Shown here: positions 20,466-29,397 of the stretch, piece after piece | Position numbering within the stretch: the first letter of the stretch is position 1 | Layout: every line of letters starts with the position of its first letter | Program-made: the position numbers and the translations under genes | Assembly (NCBI GenBank): GCA_963716175.1 | Contig: OY970296.1 | Coordinates: 128,001-192,000, forward strand | DNA from: an uncultured Armatimonadetes bacterium | GTDB taxonomy: Bacteria > Armatimonadota > Hebobacteria > Hebobacterales > Hebobacteraceae | Reading direction: 5' to 3' | Length of the DNA stretch: 64,000 bases | Notes under the pieces: generated by a model | Databases searched by the model: none | Told to the model about the DNA's origin: nothing | What the model saw: only the letters and a program-made list of their open reading frames with translations

Positions 20466-23345
20466 CTACTCGAATGGGCTGATCACCCCCGCCTCCAGGT
20501 CCGTCACCTTCACCCACCACAGCACCGGCGCCTGGTCGGCCGCGATCTTCACGCTCTGCATCCCAGGGGCCCCCACGGCCAGGAACCGCAGCGTCCAGCG
20601 CTGGCCCGCCTCGGTGGCGCCGATCCACTGCCACCCCCCGGGAGCCCCATTCTGGATGCCATCGTAGTCCGCCAGCGCCACCCCGTTGACTGCCACTTTC
20701 GTGGCGTCGTCGTCCCCGTCGCCGTTCTGGGCGCCGGCCCAGTTCTGCGCACATACCTGCACCCACAGCACCCCGCTGGCGGCGAACTTGTACTCCTGCC
20801 ACCAGTAGACTGCGACGAGCTTGCCTATGGGATCCACCCAGTAGGGTCCGCCCAGAGAGGCGCCGCCCGCTCCCGCCGCGCGCCCTTGCGCCCGCTCGTT
20901 CGGGTGGACTTCGAGGAGAACCTGGGGCACCACGGCCGGCTGAGCAGTCGGCTGAGACATGATCATCTCGGTGATGCGCTCCCGATAGCTATCTAGCGCC
21001 TGCTCGACCGCGGTGAGACAGCCCGGACCGTCCTGGATGCCAGCGAAGTGCTGAGTCTGACCAGTGTACCAGTCACCGCCGCTGATCGGGTACTCCGGCA
21101 CGTCATCTCTGAGCGACTGCAGCAGCGCGTCCGCGCCATCGGCCCACGCGATAAGAGTGGGCAGACCGCTCGCCCGCGCCTCGCGCGAAAGGCGATCGAG
21201 GGTGGCGGCGTAGCGGTAGTCGGTGATCCCCTGGCTCGCCCACTCGTACTTGAGCGTGGCCACGGGCCCAGCGGGGGAGGGATAGGTGTAGCGCCAGTGA
21301 TTGTTGAACGGGCTGTAGGGGAAGGGATCGAAGACGTCGCTGTCGAGCCAGTCGTAGTGCCATTCCCAGGCGCCGTCACTGGGCCACTTGAGCTGGTAGA
21401 AGCCATACACTAGGCGCAGGTCGCCGCCGGTGTTGTAGAACCAGATCGGCTTGCCCTGAGAGAGGGAACCGCTGATCAACCCGGCTGAGTTCGACCAGGG
21501 GTGGGTCTGCATGATGTCCAGGGCATCCGCGAGCGGGGTGTAGTCCACCCCCTCTTGGTCGTCCCGCATCACGGTCACGGTAGTGGTGGCCCCGGCGACC
21601 TGATGGGCGAGGTCGCAGTACTGCATGGTGTCCGCGAAGTTACGGTTCCACGGCTGGATCCCGCTCTCCCGGGGCTCGTCCAAGAGGCACATCACCAGCG
21701 GAGTGCCCACTGTATTTCCCCAGGCCAAGATCCTGCCGATGACATCCTTGTACGCGTTGTTGAAGTTGGTGTCGAACTCGCTCACGGAACTGTACTCCCG
21801 GATACGGTTGGCGAGGTCGATCGTCACCACCTGGCCCTTCCAGGCCCCGCCGAAGCCGGCATCACCCATGGCCGCCAGGTAGCGATTGGGCTCGGTGAAG
21901 TCCAGCGTGCCCACGTGGCCGCTAGTGGGGTTGATATCCAGGCAGCACGGGCATGGGAACTGAAGGGAGTTGAAGCCGTGCTTCCTCATATCCGCGAAGT
22001 CGAGGCGCAGCATGTCATCCCCCGCGCTCGCCATATCCGGAAAGAACTCGTAGCAGTAGCGTTGGTCTGGCGACATGTAGTACCAGCCATAGGCCATGTC
22101 GTTCGCCGCGTCCAACTGGAAGGGCCAGACCACCACCGTCAGCGGCAGCACCAGCGCCTGAGCCGAGGTGTTCAGCGTGACCGTGCCGGCGTAGGTCCCG
22201 GCAGGAGTGCCGGCCGGTACGTGTACGGTGAGCCAAAACTGCTTGGTCACCTGGCTGGCAACCGCTATGGGGAAGTTGCTCTGCAGCAGCCGCGGCTTCC
22301 ACGTCAGCACTCCCGAACCGAAAACCTCGCTGTCGGCAGTCGCCATGTAGCGCACATGCCGCCGCTCGATCTCCGCGCTGGGGATAGTATGCCCGTGCCC
22401 GTCGCTCAGGTCGCTTACCTGGAGGGAGACATCGGTGAGGTCATTGAGGGGCCGAATGGCGAAGCTGATTGACCGGTACTCGCCCTGAGAGGCTGCAGCG
22501 CTGACCGCCAACGCGGGCCGCGGGGAGGGCGGCAGGGTGTCCGGGTAGCAGGCATCCATGGTCGCCACCGGCCAGGCGGCATAGCCGCGCAGGCTCTCCT
22601 CGCCGGTAGGTGTGAAGGTTAGGTCCTGCGGCACGTTGATGTAATAGGCGGTCTCGAACTGCACCCGACGTTGGGCCTCCCAGTCCGCGATCCGGGTGCT
22701 CATCTCACCCGCGAGGTCGGTGGGGTAGGCTATCAGGGAATAGAGCCAGCACTGGACGAAATGCAGGTCGAGGCTGCCGTCGGTGACGCCAATGGTGAAG
22801 CTATAGGCGGGGAAGTTGGCGTTTTCGAACTGCTCCCAGGCGGATCGGCTCAGCGGGTAGTCCTCGTCCATGCCCCGATAGTAGTAGCTGGTGCTGTAGA
22901 AGGTGCCCGAATCCATCGGCGCATCCACCTGGAGCGCCCCTTCCGCCCAGACTTGCCAGTTCCTCACCGGCATGGCACTGGGATTGCCCGACCGGGCGAT
23001 CACATAGACCGTGTAGCTGTCATTGGGCAAGTCCACCCGGAAATCGAGATCGGAGTCACCAGGGTAACAGACGTTGCTGCAGGGGATCCCCCGCACGAAA
23101 TCGCGGGTCATGTCATCCGGACCGCCATAGTCGCCGCTGACACGAATCTGATCCGCCTGGCTATAGACCCATCCGAAAGGCATGGTGGTCGGATCCACTG
23201 GGTAGTTGTCGCTGTCCGACTCGGTTACCCGGAAGAAGTCCCTCCACCGGGGCGAGGTGGCGGTGCCGAAGTCGAACTTCCAGATGTTCCGGACGGCGTC
23301 GGCTCCAGGGTCATCATGAACCGTCTCCAGGCGGACGTAGTCCAT
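20466..23345 (-). CDS. Glycoside-hydrolase-like protein (GH123/DUF4091-like core), apparently 5'-truncated, with extra C-terminal domain
   Basis: KQFWLTVHVPAGTPAGTYAGTVT, LLDEPR, EWASQGITDYRY. No signal peptide or SD; frame begins mid-domain (IFVYMDYVRLE) at a junction near 23356. Confidence 0.65.
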   Translation of the reverse strand: MDYVRLETVHDDPGADAVRNIWKFDFGTATSPRWRDFFRVTESDSDNYPVDPTTMPFGWVYSQADQIRVSGDYGGPDDMTRDFVRGIPCSNVCYPGDSDLDFRVDLPNDSYTVYVIARSGNPSAMPVRNWQVWAEGALQVDAPMDSGTFYSTSYYYRGMDEDYPLSRSAWEQFENANFPAYSFTIGVTDGSLDLHFVQCWLYSLIAYPTDLAGEMSTRIADWEAQRRVQFETAYYINVPQDLTFTPTGEESLRGYAAWPVATMDACYPDTLPPSPRPALAVSAAASQGEYRSISFAIRPLNDLTDVSLQVSDLSDGHGHTIPSAEIERRHVRYMATADSEVFGSGVLTWKPRLLQSNFPIAVASQVTKQFWLTVHVPAGTPAGTYAGTVTLNTSAQALVLPLTVVVWPFQLDAANDMAYGWYYMSPDQRYCYEFFPDMASAGDDMLRLDFADMRKHGFNSLQFPCPCCLDINPTSGHVGTLDFTEPNRYLAAMGDAGFGGAWKGQVVTIDLANRIREYSSVSEFDTNFNNAYKDVIGRILAWGNTVGTPLVMCLLDEPRESGIQPWNRNFADTMQYCDLAHQVAGATTTVTVMRDDQEGVDYTPLADALDIMQTHPWSNSAGLISGSLSQGKPIWFYNTGGDLRLVYGFYQLKWPSDGAWEWHYDWLDSDVFDPFPYSPFNNHWRYTYPSPAGPVATLKYEWASQGITDYRYAATLDRLSREARASGLPTLIAWADGADALLQSLRDDVPEYPISGGDWYTGQTQHFAGIQDGPGCLTAVEQALDSYRERITEMIMSQPTAQPAVVPQVLLEVHPNERAQGRAAGAGGASLGGPYWVDPIGKLVAVYWWQEYKFAASGVLWVQVCAQNWAGAQNGDGDDDATKVAVNGVALADYDGIQNGAPGGWQWIGATEAGQRWTLRFLAVGAPGMQSVKIAADQAPVLWWVKVTDLEAGVISPFE

Positions 23346-23355
23346 GTAGACGAAG

Positions 23356-23931
23356 ATGTTTGAGATTCACGATGACGAGATCAACGTTGACGAGATCATG
23401 AGCCGGATTCAGGAGCGAGCCCGGCAGCGCGCCCTGCAGGGGCCGATCCCGAGCGGGGCCATGGCCCCTCGGGCAGCATCACTCCTGCCGGCCGCCGCTT
23501 ATCCCTCGGGCGATGAGGTCCGGAACCTGGAAATCCTGAACGCGAACTTCGACCCCGAGAGCACGCTCCCGGAGCGCACGCGCTTGCGTGGCCTCAAGCG
23601 CTTGGCCTTCTGGGCGGTCAGGCCTTTCGCGCGCGCTCAGGCCTCCTTCAACGCGGCGGCGACGGCGCTTCTATCAAGACACGTGGATCAGATCGACGCC
23701 GTGGTTCAATGCCTGTCCGCGCTGGAGGAGAGAGTCGGCGGCCTCGATGAACTAAGAGGCGTGATGGACAACCGCGTCACGGATCTTGAGAAGGCGCTGG
23801 ATGGGCTTTGTGCTGGCCTAGCCGGAAGGGAAGTGGGCCCGGATGGCCGGCTAGCTTGCCTGAAGGCGGCCGCGGCCGAACTTCACGAGTTGGAGGATCA
23901 TGAGCGCGCGCTCGGCCAGTTGGTCAGACAT
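23356..23931 (+). pseudogene. N-terminal coiled-coil fragment of a wzt-associated polysaccharide biosynthesis protein (methyltransferase/GT type), in inverted orientation
   Basis: MFEIHDDEINVDEIMSRIQE start typical of genes after wzt. No SD upstream. Segment bounded by ATGTTTGA / TCAGACAT; ORF beyond 23931 is antisense to wzt. Confidence 0.55.
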
Positions 23932-23948
23932 GTGACCTCCCCCCGCTC

Positions 23949-24758
23949 CTATTCCGTCCATGCTCTCGCCACGAAGATCCCCAGCTCCCGCCGGTCCCCC
24001 TTGAAGCCGTGCTCCTCTGGCACCCAGGTGCCATCCAGCCGAACCTCCACCTTCACCGGCGCACCGGTCTCCAGGGTGACCGGGATGCTGATGGTCTTGA
24101 GCTGACTCGAGTCCAGCTGGAACTCTCCCACCTCGGCCCCGTTCACCCACACCCGCCCCCGCACCGGCCGCTCGCGAATATCGCCCCGGTGGCAGGAAGC
24201 CGTCAGGCCGACCGCCTTCGCCGGCCCCCGCAGTACGAAAGCGAACTCCCCCTTGGTCCAGCACATGGGCCGGCCGCCTGCGTCCTCTACGTGATACCAT
24301 CCTTGCAGCAGGTATTTCTCATCCCGCATATCCAGCGACCGCGGCGCTTCCGGATAAAGGGCCGCGATCACGGAGGCGAGATCAGACACTCCCTCTGCGC
24401 GCCGAAAAGAAACCTGAGGGCGCAAGTGGGCGGCCCCGATGAAGTGGTAGTCGGTCCGCGGCAGCACCTGGAAGGAAAGCATCGCGTCCGCCCAGTCAAA
24501 ACAGCGGTACAGGTGCACGTCCTCGGTGTGCACCGCCACTGTCACAGTGTACTGCCCGGGGCCAATGTCCATCTCCAAGGCCCACCTCACCTCCAGCCCG
24601 TCGCCCGCGTCAAAGGCTCCGGTCTCCCGGCCCAGGCCATAGGTGTTGGTGCCCCATATGTCGTTTCCCAGCCGGTCCCGTATCAGGATGCCAACGGTTG
24701 GGTTCTCGCCCATGACGTCGGGAGCGCTGCTGGTACGCTGAGAACGCGTCGTGGGCAT
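23949..24758 (-). CDS. Wzt C-terminal carbohydrate-binding domain fragment plus extra beta domain, fused to a short foreign N-terminus; no ATPase domain
   Basis: ENPTVGILIRDRLGNDIWGTNT, IGPGQYTVTVAVH, FIGAAHL; no Walker motifs; TGCTATAAT on minus strand at 24786-24778. Confidence 0.7.
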   Translation of the reverse strand: MPTTRSQRTSSAPDVMGENPTVGILIRDRLGNDIWGTNTYGLGRETGAFDAGDGLEVRWALEMDIGPGQYTVTVAVHTEDVHLYRCFDWADAMLSFQVLPRTDYHFIGAAHLRPQVSFRRAEGVSDLASVIAALYPEAPRSLDMRDEKYLLQGWYHVEDAGGRPMCWTKGEFAFVLRGPAKAVGLTASCHRGDIRERPVRGRVWVNGAEVGEFQLDSSQLKTISIPVTLETGAPVKVEVRLDGTWVPEEHGFKGDRRELGIFVARAWTE

Positions 24759-24890
24759 GGCATCACTTCCATGCCCATTATAGCATAGGGCCCGGTTCGT
24801 TGGGTGCAGGAGCGTCCTGGGGGCAGTGGGCTATCGTCAGTAGCCTGTCGCTCTATCTCGACGCTCATCTCCGCGATCCCGAGCTAGCGT

Positions 24891-24919
24891 TTGACCGGGA
24901 TCGAAGATTGTGGTATAGT
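24891..24919 (+). promoter_or_regulatory. Sigma70-type promoter for the DEAD-box operon
   Basis: TTGACC-N17-TATAGT with extended TG. Confidence 0.65.
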
Positions 24920-25057
24920 GTGCCCAGTGCTCATGCTCTGACTGGTCGGACAGCCGCCAGCCAAGGTCAAAGGGCACAATCAAGAGCAAGTCACCTCGTC
25001 GGCTAGAAGAGCGCCGCTGTGGCGATATGACTTTCTCTAGCCTGCGAGGCAACGACA

Positions 25058-26270
25058 ATTTTCACTCAGTTTCGCCTTTCCCCCGGACTCATTCGGGCCA
25101 CTCGCCGAATGGGCTTTGAGACGCCGACTCCCATCCAGCAGGAAGTAATTCCTCTTGCGCTTGCCGGCGGCGATGTCATCGCCACGGCGGAGACGGGAAG
25201 CGGCAAGACCGCTGCCTTCTTGCTCCCACTGATCCAGCGTCTCTACGGCGGCCGGAACGGATGCACGCGAGCGCTGATCCTCTCTCCCACGCGTGAGCTC
25301 GCGGCCCAAACCGCGGAGCAGTGCGTCCTACTGACGCACGACACACCTCTGCGCACAATAGACGTGTACGGCGGCGTCGGCATGGCCCGCCAACATCGAG
25401 GCCCTGAGAGTCGGCTATGAGATCGTGGTGGCAACGCCTGGTCGATTGCTCGACCACTGCCGCCGACGTTCGGCTCGGCTCGACGCGGTCGAAGTGCTGG
25501 TGGTGGACGAGGCCGACCGCATGATGGACATGGGGTTCATCCCCGACCTGCGGCGCATCCTTGCGCTGCTGCCTAGAGAACGCCAGTCCATGCTCTTCTC
25601 CGCCACCATGCCGATCGCGCTGATGGAAGTGGCGTATGAGGAGATCCTGCGGAACCCGACCCACGTCGAGGTCGGCTCGCCCTCTGCTCCGCCCCCGACG
25701 GTATCGCAGTCTGTGTACATGGTGCCGTCGGCGCGCAAGACCGATCTGCTGCTGGAGTTGCTCAACCACGATGCCATGGTGAGCGTGGTGGTCTTCGTTC
25801 GCACCCGGCACCGCGCCAATCTCCTCGCCACTCGTCTTCAGCGCGAGAGGCTGAAGACGGCCTGCATCCACGGTGATCGCAGCCAACACGAGCGGGAACA
25901 GGCCCTCGACAGCTTCCGGCAGCGCTCCGTGCGAGTGCTTGTCGCAACCGACGTTGCTGCTCGCGGCCTCCATGTGGAGGGAGTCACGCATGTGGTCAAC
26001 TACGACGTCCCTGCCCTGCCAGTGGAGTATCTCAACCGGATCGGACGAACGGCGCGAGCCGGAGCCTCCGGTGATGCCCTCACCCTGGCAAGCCGCGAGG
26101 ACGCCGCTGCTCTGGCGGGCATTGAACGTACTCTCGGCGGGCAGTTGCCCCGGGTGGCCGTGGCGGGGTTGACCGAGCCCGAGCCTGCTCGCATCTCGCC
26201 TGTACCTGGGAGGCCCCGCCCGCACCCACGCGGTGCGCGGCGGTCGCTGGGCCGAGGTCGGCGAAGGTAG
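25058..26270 (+). CDS. DEAD-box RNA helicase (RhlE-like); +1 frameshift near 25394; probable ATT start
   Basis: Q motif FTQFRLSPGLIRATRRMGFETPTPIQ, ETGSGKT, PTRELA, VDEADRM, FSAT, TDVAARGL, RIGRTARAG. Confidence 0.88.
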
Positions 26271-26396
26271 CCGCTCGGCCACTGTGTGCCTCGCTTCTGC
26301 TGCACCACGCCCTGGCGCGCGGTGAAGAAGCTGGCGCTTCAGCGATATGCATCAAGCTGTTACCCCGGAGCCAGGCCAGGGCACAAGGAGAGCATA

Positions 26397-26693
26397 GTGG
26401 CAAACAAGAGTCTGTACGTTGGGAACCTGAGCTACTCCACGAGCGAGAGCTCGCTCCGCGCGTTGTTCGCGGAGTTCGAGCCGAGCGAAGTCCGACTCAT
26501 CGGCGACAAGGGCTTCGGCTTCGTGGACGTCCCCGAAGACAAGGCGGCAGCAGCAATCCTTGCCATGAACGGCAAGGAAGTGGATGGCCGCGCCATCACT
26601 GTCAATGAGGCGCGTCCTAGGGCTGAGCGCAGTGGCGGCGACCGGCGTTCTGGTGGCGGCTTCGGTGGGGGCGGCGGCCGCCGACGCTGGTAG
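26397..26693 (+). CDS. RRM RNA-binding protein with Gly-rich tail
   Basis: LYVGNL (RNP2), KGFGFV (RNP1), ITVNEARPR; AAGGAG SD, GTG start. Confidence 0.92.
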   Translation: MANKSLYVGNLSYSTSESSLRALFAEFEPSEVRLIGDKGFGFVDVPEDKAAAAILAMNGKEVDGRAITVNEARPRAERSGGDRRSGGGFGGGGGRRRW

Positions 26694-26695
26694 TC

Positions 26696-26887
26696 ATGCC
26701 TGACGTGGAGCTAGTCTGCGAGTTCTGTGGGCAAGGCTTCGTCTATTCGGTCGCTGAGCAGGCGGCGGACGGCCGAGCAGGCTATCCGCCGCCTCGCGCC
26801 TGCCGGCCTTGCCTGCAGCAGCGCCGTGCCGCAGGGGCCGCCAAACGTGCCGCCAGGCGTCCCCGCACCAGGCGGTTCGGCCGCTGA
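26696..26887 (+). CDS. Small zinc-ribbon protein (zf-trcl-like)
   Basis: LVCEFCGQGFVYSVAEQ...PRACRPC; starts 2 nt after RRM stop. Confidence 0.75.
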   Translation: MPDVELVCEFCGQGFVYSVAEQAADGRAGYPPPRACRPCLQQRRAAGAAKRAARRPRTRRFGR

Positions 26888-27057
26888 GGAGGACGACCAC
26901 TGATCGGGCCTGCGTCCTTGCCCAGCAGGGCGATGCTGTAGGAAGGCCGCCTGCCGGGCAGCTGATGCGCACGGGGCCTGGCGGGTAGGGCGGGGAGACA
27001 ATCCTCCTCAATCCCTGCCGCGAGTATACGACTGGCAAGGCTGACTGTGAGACGAGT

Positions 27058-28401
27058 GTGACGAAAAACAGGCCGAGGCTGCTCATCATTGCGCCCGCAT
27101 GGTCGCAAGGCTGGTGGGGTGGAGGCAGGGTGCTCGCACCCCCGCTGGTACTGCCGTCGCTGGCGGGATTGACACCACCCGATGTGGACGTACGGCTGGT
27201 TGACGAGAACGTCGAGGCCGTCGACACGAACGCCGATGTGGATTGGGTGGCGATCACCTGCATGACGGCCTCCGCGCCCCGCGCCTATGTCATCGCCGAG
27301 GCCTTTCGCCGGCGAGGCATACCAGTGGTCATGGGCGGCATCCATCCGACGGTGTTGCCTGATGAGGCCGCCGCTCACGCTGACGCGGTGGTAGTCGGCG
27401 AGGCCGAGCCGGTCTGGCGGGAGGTAGTGGCGGATCTGGCAGCCGGCCGCCTGAGGCCTCGCTACACGCATGATGGCTATGCCGATCTCTCAGGTCTTCC
27501 TCGTCCTCGCCGAGAGCTGCTTCAGGTCGACCGCTACCTTACCACCAACATCGTCCAGACCGCGCGAGGGTGCCCGAATGCGTGCACCTTCTGCACGGTG
27601 AGCGCGGTATCCGGTAGGAGATATCGCTTCCGCCCCGTTCCCGAGGTGGTGGAGGAAGTCCGATCGCTGTGCGGTGGATGGGTCGGGTTTGTTGATGACA
27701 ACATCGCCGGTCACGCCCGGCGGGCGAAGGAGCTGTTCGAAGCGCTGATCCCGCTCAAGCGCCGCTGGATCGGCCAGGCCGACCTGACCATGGCCAGGGA
27801 TCCCGAGCTGCTCTCCCTCGCCGCGCGCAGTGGCTGCCAGGCGATGTTCGTGGGCCTGGAATCGCTCTCGCAAGAGAATCTGCGAGCCACGGGCAAGTCC
27901 CCGAACCTGGGGATGGATATGGGCGCGGCGATTCGAACGATCCACAAGGCCGGCATTGAGATCATCGGGTCGTTCGTCCTGGGGTTGGACGGAGATGACC
28001 GCGGCGTCTTCGCCAGGACGGTGGAGTTCGCGGAGCAGCACAAGCTGGTCGCCGCCCAGTTCGCGGTGCTCACTCCCTTCCCGGGCACCGCGATGCGTCA
28101 GCAGCTCGAGCGTGAGGGGCGGATTCTGGATCACGACTGGGCACACTACACCATGAGCAACGTGGTGTTCCGTCCCCGGCACATGACGGACCTCGAACTG
28201 CGGGCGGGGCAGAAGTATGCGTACGGCCGCTTCTACTCCATGCCCTCGATCCTCAAGCGCAACTTGACGGTACGGAGGAAGTTCCTCGGCCGTCTCCTCG
28301 TCAACCTCAGCTACCGCGGCATTCACCGCGGGAAGGGCATGCACGACCGTCTGCCCGCGCAACAACACGCCAAGCCGGTGCGCATCGGCAGCACCGGGTA
28401 G
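27058..28401 (+). CDS. B12-binding radical SAM protein
   Basis: VMGGIHPT, VVGEAE, RGCPNACTFC, FVDDNI, LTPFPGT. Confidence 0.9.
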   Translation: MTKNRPRLLIIAPAWSQGWWGGGRVLAPPLVLPSLAGLTPPDVDVRLVDENVEAVDTNADVDWVAITCMTASAPRAYVIAEAFRRRGIPVVMGGIHPTVLPDEAAAHADAVVVGEAEPVWREVVADLAAGRLRPRYTHDGYADLSGLPRPRRELLQVDRYLTTNIVQTARGCPNACTFCTVSAVSGRRYRFRPVPEVVEEVRSLCGGWVGFVDDNIAGHARRAKELFEALIPLKRRWIGQADLTMARDPELLSLAARSGCQAMFVGLESLSQENLRATGKSPNLGMDMGAAIRTIHKAGIEIIGSFVLGLDGDDRGVFARTVEFAEQHKLVAAQFAVLTPFPGTAMRQQLEREGRILDHDWAHYTMSNVVFRPRHMTDLELRAGQKYAYGRFYSMPSILKRNLTVRRKFLGRLLVNLSYRGIHRGKGMHDRLPAQQHAKPVRIGSTG

Positions 28402-29397
28402 ATGCCCCTTGCTGAGCCGAGGTCGAACTGGGGTCCCAGTTATCCGAGGGAGAGCCTGAAGCTCCAGAGGGTGCGATTCCGCTGCACCCGAACGTGCAAC
28501 GCGAGCCCGCGAGTCGGACCTTCGTGAAAGGATGTGAGAATGCGCCTCGACTATGTCGTCCCGCGTGACCTTCCAGCTGGTGCGTGCCATCGCATCCGCC
28601 GCGAATCGCGTAAGCGCCAGTCCCCAGCGCGGGGCGGTGTGCCCGGTCGTTTCCTCTGCACCCACCATGGCATCGTACTCAGGGACGAAGAGATGGCCAA
28701 GTGCGAAGGTCGCGGGAGCAGTCCATGCTGGTACGAAGCGCCAAGCGGTTGATCTATGCCTGGTGCACCTTCGCGTGGACCACGACGCCGCCCACCGAGG
28801 GGTTACGGGTGGCAGCCACCGCGCGGCGAGACGGAGCGCGTCTCGGTGACGCAGCTTACGAACACACAGAGCGCGCGCCGGGAAGCCTCGTACGGGCCAT
28901 AGACTCATATGCGTAGTCCGGTGTGGCTGGAGTCCGCCCGGGGACAGGATCATGGACCGGGAGAGGCCGCGAGCCAGGCTCGGACGGGAGAGGATGAAGC
29001 CCCGCGCCAGGCGTCCCTGATAGCGCGGCCCAAGGCGCCGGTAGTAATAGGGCCCCCGGTCTTCCTGTGGGTGTTCCCATAAGGCGGCGTGTCAGTAGCC
29101 CTCCTGCAGTACCCCGAGACCCGTATGCGGTCTCTGTTGAGACATGCTGTCGTTGTCAACCGCTCGTGAAGCCGGCCTGAGGGCACCCTCGCCCAGTCCG
29201 ACCACAGCTCGGCATCGTCGCCTATCCTCTACGCCTCCCAGCACAGGAGTGTCAGCGAGTGCCGAGAATATCATGATGTGCGTCCCAGTAGCGCTCTGGC
29301 GGGCGGGACGCTATCCGGACACTGCGAGGCCCAGGTGAAGTGGCGCTTTGATCCTAGCTCTGCTGGCATCGAACACCGCAGGACCAAGAGGAGACCC

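Noticed and set aside
23932-24105. C-terminal part of ORF 23356..24105 as real protein
   Set aside because: Read-through into the antisense strand of the wzt fragment beyond the junction.
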